This document shows, piece by piece, positions 1-8,733 of a DNA stretch of 60,016 nucleotides. Each line of letters opens with the position of its first letter. Position 1 is the stretch's first letter. The position numbers and the translations under genes are program-made. Location of the stretch: contig JAFUTR010000053.1 in NCBI GenBank assembly GCA_017477845.1, positions 1 through 60,016 of the forward strand, given 5' to 3'. This DNA comes from Bacilli bacterium. GTDB lineage: Bacteria > Bacillota_I > Bacilli_A > RF39 > UBA660. The notes beneath the pieces were generated by a model. The model was not told the DNA's origin. It did not search any database and saw only the letters and a program-made list of their open reading frames with translations.

Positions 1-670
1 CCCAATTATTAAATATACATGGTGCATTTTTTGCTTTCTCTAACGAATCTATTTTAATAAAGTTTAATTTGATACCTTTATCTTTAGCATAGTCAGATAA
101 TTCTTTAATTTCATATTCTACATAAGGACATTCATTAGAATAATAGATGGTGAAATCTTGGCTATCAATTTCCATTTTTCTAGCACTATCACTAAATTTA
201 GGTGTTTCAGATGTCTCAAAAGAAAGTGCCATTAATTCATAATCATTTATAGTATCAACCACTTTAAATCCATAATGTTCAAAGAATTCCTTATCTCCAA
301 TAAATGGTTTTTTCTTTTGTGATACCAATGTACAAACTCCACTCATTTTTTTAGATTTGGCATCTTCAATAGCATATTCTAATAATTCTTTACCAATACC
401 TTTCCCTTTAAAACTACCTGCTACCCATAAACAATAAATATGCATATAGTTTTTACCATTAATTGGAACCCAAGCAGTTTCTATTGGTTCATACTCAATA
501 AAGATTTTCCCCCTTGCATTTAATTTTCTAAATACATGACCATCTTTTAATTTGCTTTTAATCCACTCTTTCTTTTTATCAACACCATCTTGATGTTTAG
601 GATCACCAATTGCACAACAAATATGTTCTTCTTCAATATTATTTTCATCTAAATTAATATATTCATTCAT
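1..670 (-). CDS. YoaP-like GNAT family N-acetyltransferase (3' end runs off the window)
   Basis: Not in the ORF track. ATG at 670 after GAGGTG RBS. Translates MNEYINLDENNIEEEHICCAIGDPKHQDGV...IYCLWVAGSFKGKGIGKEL, the YoaP-type N-terminus with a GNAT acetyl-CoA motif. Confidence 0.85.
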   Translation of the reverse strand, partial: MNEYINLDENNIEEEHICCAIGDPKHQDGVDKKKEWIKSKLKDGHVFRKLNARGKIFIEYEPIETAWVPINGKNYMHIYCLWVAGSFKGKGIGKELLEYAIEDAKSKKMSGVCTLVSQKKKPFIGDKEFFEHYGFKVVDTINDYELMALSFETSETPKFSDSARKMEIDSQDFTIYYSNECPYVEYEIKELSDYAKDKGIKLNFIKIDSLEKAKNAPCIFNNW

Positions 671-699
671 AGTTCACACCTCATATCCATTATACCATG

Positions 700-725
700 A
701 AAAAAGAGAATTTTTGCATTCTCTT
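700..725 (-). terminator. Probable intrinsic terminator
   Basis: AAGAGAAT..ATTCTCTT stem followed by a T-run on the minus strand, just after the stop at 737. Confidence 0.55.
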
Positions 726-736
726 AATATCTTTTA

Positions 737-2044
737 CTAATTATTTTTTGCTTCTTTCATTTCATATATAATACATTGATTACCTTTTAATCTAGAATTC
801 TCACCTTCACATATAAATCCACTTTCTTTAGCAATTGTTTTATTTAAATTTAAACATCTACTGCCATCATCTATTGGTATTGTTCCATTTGGACAAGTCA
901 TTTCTTTTCTCGGATCTTCTATTCTGTTTATAATACATTTTGTCCCTTCTAGTTTTGCATTTCCTTCACAATAGTATAAATCTGGCGAACTTTTAATTGT
1001 TTTATAACATTTATGATCACTTTCAAGGTCTCCACTTTTACATCTATAATCTGATGCATAGTATGAATTCATATCTACGCATCCACCATTCATTAATTTA
1101 TCACCATTTAAACAGCCACCATTTATAGTTGGTTTTGGTCCATAGCATTTATGATTCATTAATATATCAGTGGCAGGGGTTAATCTACAATATTCTTCTG
1201 CATTTCCTATTAATTCTTTTCTTACACAATATCCATTATCATAATCTCCAGAATTACACTTTTCAAATGCATCAATTACTTCATTCATTACGCATTTATT
1301 ATCAACTAATTTAAATCCATCATTACAAATATAGTTTTTATTTTCAATAGCTTTAATTTCTTCGTAACATTTTCCTTCATGTTCTGCATATCCACGAGGG
1401 CATACTTCCCCACTTGTTGCTGATATTCTCTCTTTTTCTTTTAAGCACCAATCACCTTCAAGTGTATAATCTTCATCACAATACTTACCTGTTTCCTTTG
1501 TTTCTTTTAATTCACTTACTGGCTTGCTTGCTAAATCTTCTAAATTAAAATTTTTATTTTCTTGAATAATAGTTTTTATATATGATATTTTTGCAGGACT
1601 AACATTGTATTTTTTAGCAAATTCTTCATCCTCTTTAGATATTTTATCAATAGTAATAATATTAGATGAGATTTGTTTTTTTTCTAAAGTTTCTTTCAAT
1701 TTTGTTTCTAATTTTTTATTTGAGATATTGCCTTTAGAATATAATACTATTTCTAATAATTCATCTTCATTGGCATATCCTTTTTCTATGAGATTGTCTG
1801 TAATTATATTTAATGTATCATCTAAACTTTTTCCTTTCAAATTGTCACCAATTATTTCTTTTGCGTCTTCATTTAATGCAACAATACTTTTGACTTTTTC
1901 ATTTCTAGTTAAATTAATTTCAATACTAGGATTTATATCTAAAGTAATCGTAGTTGCCGTTCTACTATTGAAAAGAATAAAACTAACAATACCTATAACT
2001 AAAATCAAAACAACTATTATAGAAATCATTATTATCTTTTTCAT
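737..2044 (-). CDS. Membrane-anchored protein: RsgI-like extracytoplasmic domain plus Cys-pair repeat region
   Basis: N-terminal TM helix, then ITLDINPSIEI..VALNEDAK..AKKYNVSPAK (RsgI-like). C-terminal half has 20 Cys in ten C-x9-13-C units. ATG 2044 follows AGGAG. Confidence 0.7.
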   Translation of the reverse strand: MKKIIMISIIVVLILVIGIVSFILFNSRTATTITLDINPSIEINLTRNEKVKSIVALNEDAKEIIGDNLKGKSLDDTLNIITDNLIEKGYANEDELLEIVLYSKGNISNKKLETKLKETLEKKQISSNIITIDKISKEDEEFAKKYNVSPAKISYIKTIIQENKNFNLEDLASKPVSELKETKETGKYCDEDYTLEGDWCLKEKERISATSGEVCPRGYAEHEGKCYEEIKAIENKNYICNDGFKLVDNKCVMNEVIDAFEKCNSGDYDNGYCVRKELIGNAEEYCRLTPATDILMNHKCYGPKPTINGGCLNGDKLMNGGCVDMNSYYASDYRCKSGDLESDHKCYKTIKSSPDLYYCEGNAKLEGTKCIINRIEDPRKEMTCPNGTIPIDDGSRCLNLNKTIAKESGFICEGENSRLKGNQCIIYEMKEAKNN

Positions 2045-2130
2045 AAGCACTCTCCTGATTTTATTATAACATACATATATATTTTTTTATCACTATATTA
2101 GTTCGCTAAAATAAAATTAATAAATAACAT

Positions 2131-2153
2131 AAAAAGATGAGATTTCTCTCATC
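2131..2153 (-). terminator. Intrinsic terminator
   Basis: GATGAGA-tttc-TCTCATC hairpin with T-run on the minus strand, downstream of the XRE gene. Confidence 0.6.
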
Positions 2154-2184
2154 AGTTAGTACAGGAATATCTTAATATTACGAG

Positions 2185-3114
2185 CTAATCTATTTTTAAT
2201 TTAAATGAATACCAAGCAGTTCCTCTATCACATATTGTATCAATTAAAACAATATATTCACCTTTTAAGTTAGGAACAGTAAAATTATTTTTTTCATAAG
2301 TTATTGGAATATCTACCTTTTCATATTTTGAATCATAAAAAGTAATTCTAGTTATGTTTACATCACTTGATGAATCTAAAGCGATAACATCTTCATAATT
2401 ACTATCAAGAAATTCATTGTAAGTAATATCTTCTAGAGGTATTGATAATCCACATGAACTTGCCTTTTCTTCACCTTTAGTATCGGTTATACAAAATGAA
2501 CCAATGTGTGTCATAACTCTATTTTTACCATTAATAACCCATAGATTTCTAGGTGTTGGATTAAATACTTCAGTATCCCAAGTGAAAATCCAAAAACCAA
2601 ATTTAATATTGATACTATTTGACAATGGTTCAAATGGTGAAATAGCAGTTGTTCGTATCATTTTATACCCAAATCCTAAATAAGTATATTTACCATTATT
2701 TTCACCCAATCTAATCATGAATAATGGTTCTTCATTATGCTTTACACGATTATAATCTATCCAAAAGGTCAAAACAAAAATTGAAAATAAGAGAACAACT
2801 ATAGATATAATTACAATTTTTTTAATTCGTTTTATTCGATTTGTAGAATATTTAATAGTATTATCTAAGACCTCATCAGTTTTTTCTTTTAATTCACTTT
2901 CTTTTATTTTCTCACCACTTAATAATTCATTTAGTGATATATCGAGAATTTCACATAATGGTTTATAGAATACAACATCTGGCATTCTTCTTCCATTCTC
3001 CCAATTACCAATAGCTCGATCTGTTACATTTAGCTTATCAGCAAGTTCTTGCTGTGTCATCTTTTTTTCTTTACGAATTTTAGCAATAAATTTTCCAATC
3101 TTTTCTTGATTCAT
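2185..3114 (-). CDS. XRE-family HTH regulator with TM helix and extracellular C-terminal domain
   Basis: IGKFIAKIRKEKKMTQQELADKLNVTDRAIGNWENGRRMPD (HTH_3), then a hydrophobic helix around aa 100-118. Confidence 0.85.
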   Translation of the reverse strand: MNQEKIGKFIAKIRKEKKMTQQELADKLNVTDRAIGNWENGRRMPDVVFYKPLCEILDISLNELLSGEKIKESELKEKTDEVLDNTIKYSTNRIKRIKKIVIISIVVLLFSIFVLTFWIDYNRVKHNEEPLFMIRLGENNGKYTYLGFGYKMIRTTAISPFEPLSNSINIKFGFWIFTWDTEVFNPTPRNLWVINGKNRVMTHIGSFCITDTKGEEKASSCGLSIPLEDITYNEFLDSNYEDVIALDSSSDVNITRITFYDSKYEKVDIPITYEKNNFTVPNLKGEYIVLIDTICDRGTAWYSFKLKID

Positions 3115-3319
3115 AAATCTTGCTCCTTTCGTAATTAATTATAATTATTAATCATTAAAAAGTATCCAAACAATCCGTAGGGATAACATCTTATATATAT
3201 TTTATCATAAAAAAGAGAAATATTTCATTCTCATTGATTCATTGCAATATTACTATATCACGAACATTTTTGTAGCCTACGGTGCTAGAAACGTTCAAAA
3301 ATCGATCTTTTAGGCATGC

Positions 3320-3347
3320 AAAAAAGCCCATAAAATAGGGCTTTTTG
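3320..3347 (-). terminator. rplM-rpsI terminator
   Basis: AAAAAGCCC..GGGCTTTTT inverted repeat about 20 nt after the rpsI stop. Confidence 0.8.
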
Positions 3348-3368
3348 AAACATTGAAATAAATATTTC

Positions 3369-3800
3369 CTATCTTTTTGAGAATTGAGGTGCACGTCTTG
3401 CTTTCTTTAATCCTGGTTTCTTACGCTCTTTGATTCTTGAATCTCTTGTAATAAATCCAGCAGCTTTAAGAACTTTTCTGTAACTATTTTCGCTATCGCT
3501 TGGAGTTGTACTATCATATTCTAATAGTGCTTTTGTAATTCCTAAACGGATAGCTCCAGTTTGTCCAGAGAATCCTCCACCTTTAACTTCTACATCAATA
3601 TCAAACATATCTTTTGTATTAGTTAATTCAAGTGGTTGCGATAAATTCATAATTAAAGTTTCATATGGTAAATATTCATGTACATCTCTACCATTAACAA
3701 TAATTTTTCCTGAACCAGAAGTTAATCTTACTTTTGCAATACTTGCTTTTCTTTTTCCAGTTCCATAATAAACTTTTTGAGTTTCTTTAGCTTTAACCAT
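3369..3800 (-). CDS. rpsI: 30S ribosomal protein S9
   Basis: [40 protein letters not shown]. Confidence 0.99.
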   Translation of the reverse strand: MVKAKETQKVYYGTGKRKASIAKVRLTSGSGKIIVNGRDVHEYLPYETLIMNLSQPLELTNTKDMFDIDVEVKGGGFSGQTGAIRLGITKALLEYDSTTPSDSENSYRKVLKAAGFITRDSRIKERKKPGLKKARRAPQFSKR

Positions 3801-3810
3801 AATTTACCTC

Positions 3811-4242
3811 CTACTTCATTTCCACTTTTTCAGGTTTTTGAGCCATATGTGGATGTTCACTACCAGCATAAACAAATAACTTCTTAGCCATTTGTCTTCC
3901 TAATCTTGTATGAGGAAGCATTCCTGTAACAGCTCTTTCAACCATTTCAACTGGATATTTCTCTTTCATTTCTTTTGCAGTTCTTACTCTTAATCCACCT
4001 GTATACATTGAGTGATTATAATATTTTTTATCTTCTAATTTATTACCAGTTAATAGAGCTTTTTCTGCATTTACAATGATAATATAATCACCACAATCAA
4101 TGTGTGGAGTATAAGTTGGTTTATGCTTTCCACGAAGCATATGAGCAGCTTTTGCAGCTACACGTCCCAAAGTTGCATCTTGTGCATCAATTACGTACCA
4201 TTTACGTTCTACTGTTTCTTTTTTTTGCATAAAACTATTCAT
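3811..4242 (-). CDS. rplM: 50S ribosomal protein L13
   Basis: [30 protein letters not shown]. Confidence 0.99.
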   Translation of the reverse strand: MNSFMQKKETVERKWYVIDAQDATLGRVAAKAAHMLRGKHKPTYTPHIDCGDYIIIVNAEKALLTGNKLEDKKYYNHSMYTGGLRVRTAKEMKEKYPVEMVERAVTGMLPHTRLGRQMAKKLFVYAGSEHPHMAQKPEKVEMK

Positions 4243-4261
4243 AATTATTTTCTCCTTTTAC

Positions 4262-4310
4262 TTAAGTTCAGCCTTCCCACAGCTAAACTTATGTGGGGAT
4301 TTGAATGTAC
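4262..4310 (-). ncRNA. Putative L13 leader (autoregulatory 5' UTR hairpin)
   Basis: GC-rich CCCACA/TGTGGG stem extended by TTCA/TGAA, between the promoter and rplM. Position matches the Firmicutes L13 leader. Confidence 0.55.
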
Positions 4311-4318
4311 CGATATAA

Positions 4319-4347
4319 ATTATATATAAAAATGTTAAAAAAGTCAA
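4319..4347 (-). promoter_or_regulatory. SigA promoter of rplM-rpsI
   Basis: TTGACT-N17-TATAAT. Confidence 0.8.
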
Positions 4348-4401
4348 TTAAAATAAGGAAAAATTGGACTTTAATTTACTAAAAAGTCTCTTTTTCAAAT
4401 T

Positions 4402-5028
4402 TTATTTAGTTTTAGTATTAATATTTGTTTGAGTTCCTATAATGTTTTCACTTTCTAAAAAGTCATTTTTAAAGTCAATTTTTATTCTTCTTAATAAATA
4501 TTCTGTTAATTCATCAATAGATTTGAATGATTCAAGATCATTAAAACTCAAAAATTCTGCTGTTATTTTGAATTTTAATTTTCTAAATATTCCACTAAAA
4601 ATTGTGCTAAATTCTTTAATTGTATTATATTCATTTTGTGAAACATATTCTCTTGGAAATACAAAATGAAAATTTTTATTAATTCTATCTGTATCATATA
4701 TTTTTTCACAAACAATTCTCGCATTTATAAAATTTTTGCATAATTTAGAATATTCAATTAATCTCTCTTTATAATCTTCAAGATTTATTTCTTTTCCTTC
4801 TAATAATGCCATTGCTTCTGCAAATGAATTAGTGTGAACTCCCATACCATCAAATTCAGTTGTAGCTATTATGTATTGATTTTCTGTAAATACTGCAAAA
4901 GCGCCATTTCCGTTTTCATCACTAGATTTTTCCCCATTCCCAACAAATCTAAAAACATTAAAGTTATTAATTCTTTCTTCAATACTATCTTTAAAATATG
5001 CTGTTTCCTTTTTTAAAATATTATTCAT
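4402..5028 (-). CDS. Hypothetical protein
   Basis: 208-aa ORF with GGAG RBS directly after truA. No motif recognised. Confidence 0.7.
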   Translation of the reverse strand: MNNILKKETAYFKDSIEERINNFNVFRFVGNGEKSSDENGNGAFAVFTENQYIIATTEFDGMGVHTNSFAEAMALLEGKEINLEDYKERLIEYSKLCKNFINARIVCEKIYDTDRINKNFHFVFPREYVSQNEYNTIKEFSTIFSGIFRKLKFKITAEFLSFNDLESFKSIDELTEYLLRRIKIDFKNDFLESENIIGTQTNINTKTK

Positions 5029-5041
5029 AATAACTCTCCAA

Positions 5042-5779
5042 CTAAATATTATAATCTATATCTTCAAGATAAAGTCCTTCTCTTTTTATTGTCATTACAC
5101 ATTTTCTAAAAGATTTATCTGCAAATATTTTTTTAACAATTCCATTTTCTATTTTACCATTTCCTACTTTAAATAAAGTTCCAACCATATTTCTTACTTG
5201 ATATTTCATAAAACCATTTCCAATGAAATAAAAATAAACTTTATCTTCTTTTTCAATTATATAGGCATCATATATTTCTCTATTATAGTCATTTTTAATA
5301 TCATCATTAGAAACAAATGATTCAAAATTATGTACTCCAATGAACGATTTAATTTCTTCTTTCATTTTTTGTATATCTAATTTTTTTCCATATTGATATA
5401 CATAATTTCTTTCAATTGGATTATATTCTCCACAGTTTATTATGTATTTATAAGTTTTTCTTTTAGCATTAAACCTAGCATGAAAATCTTTATTCACAAT
5501 TTCTGCTCTAAAAACATGAATATCATCTGGAAGTAAACTATTTAATGCACATTTTAGTTTATATGGTGTGATATCTACATCTATATCAACATGAGCGCAT
5601 TGATGATTAGCATGAACTCCTCGATCAGTTCTTCCTGCTCCTGTTATTTTTGTATCTTTATTATTATTAATTGAGTATAAAGCTTTTTCAAATTCTTTCT
5701 CAACGCATCTTAATTTTGGTTGTTTTTGAAATCCTGAAAAATTAGTTCCATCATAAGAAAAGTGAATTAAATATCTCAT
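5042..5779 (-). CDS. truA: tRNA pseudouridine(38-40) synthase
   Basis: SYDGTNFSGFQKQ, GAGRTDRGVHA, FHARF, GNGFMKYQVRNMVG. Confidence 0.98.
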   Translation of the reverse strand: MRYLIHFSYDGTNFSGFQKQPKLRCVEKEFEKALYSINNNKDTKITGAGRTDRGVHANHQCAHVDIDVDITPYKLKCALNSLLPDDIHVFRAEIVNKDFHARFNAKRKTYKYIINCGEYNPIERNYVYQYGKKLDIQKMKEEIKSFIGVHNFESFVSNDDIKNDYNREIYDAYIIEKEDKVYFYFIGNGFMKYQVRNMVGTLFKVGNGKIENGIVKKIFADKSFRKCVMTIKREGLYLEDIDYNI

Positions 5780-5782
5780 ATT

Positions 5783-6367
5783 TTACCTCATTACAAATAT
5801 TATAATAAACAATATAATCGATAAAGCAAGTATCATCGAGTCTATTCTAGTCCAATTAATACTATATTCATTATTACTTTTATTATAACCATTAAATCTT
5901 ATTTTTGACTCTAAATAAAGTCTATCTAAATCTTTACTAATTATCTCATTATTAATATCTTCATTTAAATAGTTTTCTTGTATTTTTTTTATATTTTCAT
6001 CTTTTATTCTTTCAAAATAATTATTATAGAATGATTCTTTATTCATATTGTAGCCTTTTTTTACAAACATTGACTTTAAAAATGAAATATCATTTTTATT
6101 TAAACTAATCAACATCATTATTGTTATTTTTATAATATAAACAATTTTAAATAATGAAATAATAAAAAATATTTCTTTTATTAAAAACAATAAAACTATA
6201 AGTATAAAATCTATTATTAAATGAAATAAATTGTTGTGTTTAAATATATCATAGTAAGTTAATAAAACTAGAAATAACCAAAGAATTATATAATTATCTG
6301 TTATTGTAATAGAAATAATTATAAGAAAAAATATTATTAATTTTAAAAGTGAATTCATTCTATACAT
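5783..6367 (-). CDS. Highly divergent, shortened ECF transporter T component (EcfT-like)
   Basis: Hydrophobic N-terminus (NSLLKLI) and C-terminal ..SKIRFNGY..WTRID-TM pattern. Sits at the ecfT position between ecfA2 and truA. Confidence 0.6.
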   Translation of the reverse strand: MYRMNSLLKLIIFFLIIISITITDNYIILWLFLVLLTYYDIFKHNNLFHLIIDFILIVLLFLIKEIFFIISLFKIVYIIKITIMMLISLNKNDISFLKSMFVKKGYNMNKESFYNNYFERIKDENIKKIQENYLNEDINNEIISKDLDRLYLESKIRFNGYNKSNNEYSINWTRIDSMILALSIILFIIIFVMR

Positions 6368-7034
6368 GCTTATAAATATCCTTTATAATGTCTCTTGTGT
6401 CTTTGCTATAAAAAAGTTTTACATTTTTTTCTTCTTTGGCTTTATATGTTATATAAGATAGAGTTGGTATTTCTAGTTTATATTTTATAAGTGTTTTTAC
6501 ATCAATATATATTTTATCTGTTTTATCATATTTTAATTCAAAATCATTTGATACTATTGAATAATCTGAATATCTGTATAGGTCATCTACATCTCCTGAA
6601 ATTATTACAATATATTTTTCTTTTAAATAATTTAATAATTTTATTATTTTCTTTTTATTATAGTTATCAAGTCCTAGAAATGGATTTAGAAAAATTATTA
6701 TCTCATCAAGTTTAGAGATATTTCTTAAAATATTTAAATATATCTTTTTTGTTCTCGATAAGGAATTGATATCTCTTTCTAAAAATGATTTATCCATATT
6801 TAATAAGTCCATTATTTCATATATAAGAGAATATTCTGGATATTTGGAATAATGTGATATTTCATTTATGACATTGTTTCCTATAAAATAATCATTAAAA
6901 TTATCAACAATTATAGGGGAATATTTATTTATTAGATTATTCAATATTATTTTATTTTTTTCTTGAAGTGATACAATACTTTTAGATATATCAGCATTAA
7001 TTGTTTTTTTGTTATTGTCTAGTGTTATTTCCAT
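6360..7034 (-). CDS. Degenerate ECF ATPase (EcfA2-like), no Walker A
   Basis: FLERDINSLSRTKK (signature remnant), IIFLNPFLGLD (Walker B/D-loop remnant), LEIP C-terminal motif, and synteny. Confidence 0.65.
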   Translation of the reverse strand: MEITLDNNKKTINADISKSIVSLQEKNKIILNNLINKYSPIIVDNFNDYFIGNNVINEISHYSKYPEYSLIYEIMDLLNMDKSFLERDINSLSRTKKIYLNILRNISKLDEIIIFLNPFLGLDNYNKKKIIKLLNYLKEKYIVIISGDVDDLYRYSDYSIVSNDFELKYDKTDKIYIDVKTLIKYKLEIPTLSYITYKAKEEKNVKLFYSKDTRDIIKDIYKHV

Positions 7035-7843
7035 AATCTATTAATCACCTCATCCATGTTATAATATATTTTATCTACTAAATTATAAAATTCTAGTTTT
7101 CTTGATAAATCAATCATTATCGGAATTTCAAATCCCATTTTTGTTAATTCATTATCTTTATATATAATATTATAGTAAGTATCATCTAATATAATTTTTC
7201 CTTTATTTAATACAATTACACGATCAAGATTAATTATGTCATTTATATCACTTGTCGTATAAATAAAAGTTATTCCCATTTCGTAATTTATTGATTTAAT
7301 AATATTATGAATTATTCTTTTTTCTTTTTGATTTAAAAAGCGAAATATATCGTCAATAAATATTAGAGATGGTTCATGTACTATTGATGTTGCTAATAAT
7401 AATTTCACTTTTTCTAAATTATTTAATTCACTAATCATTTTTGATAATAATCCATTAATTTTTGTTATATTGATAACTCTATCTATTACTTCTTCTATTT
7501 CATCTTTTTTATATTTTAAATTAATAAGAGGATACTCTAATTCTTCTATTACTGTATCACAAAGAAAGTAGTTATATGAATCTTCTAATATAGTTGATAT
7601 ATTTCTTATATATTTTTTAAAATTCTTTTTAGAAAGTAGTAGATTATTTACAGATATTTTACCGCTATCAGGTATTAATATACCAGCTAATGTTTTAATA
7701 AGTGTTGTCTTTCCTACACTATTTGAACATAAAAGTGCTACTACTCCTTCGTTTCTTTGAACTTTAAAAGATAAATCATCAAACAATATTGTGCTTTTAT
7801 TTTTTATTGTTAAATTATTAACTTCTAATATATAGTCATCCAT
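7025..7843 (-). CDS. Degenerate ECF ATPase (EcfA1-like)
   Basis: ABC-type layout with CSNSVGKT Walker A, LIFIDD Walker B, DRVIVLNKGKI and GFEIP tail. Synteny with truA. Confidence 0.8.
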   Translation of the reverse strand: MDDYILEVNNLTIKNKSTILFDDLSFKVQRNEGVVALLCSNSVGKTTLIKTLAGILIPDSGKISVNNLLLSKKNFKKYIRNISTILEDSYNYFLCDTVIEELEYPLINLKYKKDEIEEVIDRVINITKINGLLSKMISELNNLEKVKLLLATSIVHEPSLIFIDDIFRFLNQKEKRIIHNIIKSINYEMGITFIYTTSDINDIINLDRVIVLNKGKIILDDTYYNIIYKDNELTKMGFEIPIMIDLSRKLEFYNLVDKIYYNMDEVINRLWK

Positions 7844-7910
7844 AATATCACCTATCTAATAGGTTATTATATACTAAAATTAAAAAAAAGAAAGAAAAAG
7901 TAATAGTAAT

Positions 7911-8672
7911 TTATCTATTATTTTTTCTTTTTCTCTTTTGAAATTTATATACTACTTTTGCAGCAAGTTTAGTTGATGCAAATCTATTAAAGAAAATAAT
8001 TGCTTTCATTTTGAATCCAGGCACAATTATTAATTTATTTTTAAACATTTTATCAATCGCATATTTTGCAACATAATCACTATCTAATCCCTTCATTGCA
8101 AAGTCTACATTTGCAACATCATTAAAATTAGTTTTTACTGGTCCTGGACAAAGACATGAAATATGAACTTTTGATTTTTTTCTTCTTAGTTCTTCATATA
8201 TTCCGACTGTTAGTTTTGTAACGTATGATTTACTTGCATAGTATGTTGACATTAAAGGTCCTGCTTGGAAACTAGCACTCGATGATACATTTAAAATATA
8301 TCCACTATTTTTTTTAACCATATCTTTTAGGAAAAATTTAGTTAAGATATGCACTGCTTTAATATTTACATCAATCATATCTAATTCAGTATTTAAATCT
8401 GTGTTATCAAACTCTCCAAAAAGACCAAAACCTGCATTGTTTATCAGAATATCAATATTATCATTCTTACATAATACATATAAGTCTTTAAGTTTTGATT
8501 CTTGTGCTAGATCTGCCACTATAATTTTTACATCTGTTTTTAATTCTTTTTGGATTCTTTGAAGTTTTTCTTTATCTCGCGCTACTAGTATTAAATCATA
8601 TCCTAAAGTGCTCATGTATTTAGCCATACTATAACCAATACCACTTGACGCACCAGTTATTAATGCTTTCAT
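7911..8672 (-). CDS. SDR family oxidoreductase
   Basis: ALITGASSGIG, NNAGFG, YYASK. Confidence 0.95.
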   Translation of the reverse strand: MKALITGASSGIGYSMAKYMSTLGYDLILVARDKEKLQRIQKELKTDVKIIVADLAQESKLKDLYVLCKNDNIDILINNAGFGLFGEFDNTDLNTELDMIDVNIKAVHILTKFFLKDMVKKNSGYILNVSSSASFQAGPLMSTYYASKSYVTKLTVGIYEELRRKKSKVHISCLCPGPVKTNFNDVANVDFAMKGLDSDYVAKYAIDKMFKNKLIIVPGFKMKAIIFFNRFASTKLAAKVVYKFQKRKRKNNR

Positions 8673-8733
8673 ATACAACCCTCCAATATTATTTTACCAC
8701 AAAACAGAAAAAAGATTTAGTAAAAACTAAATC

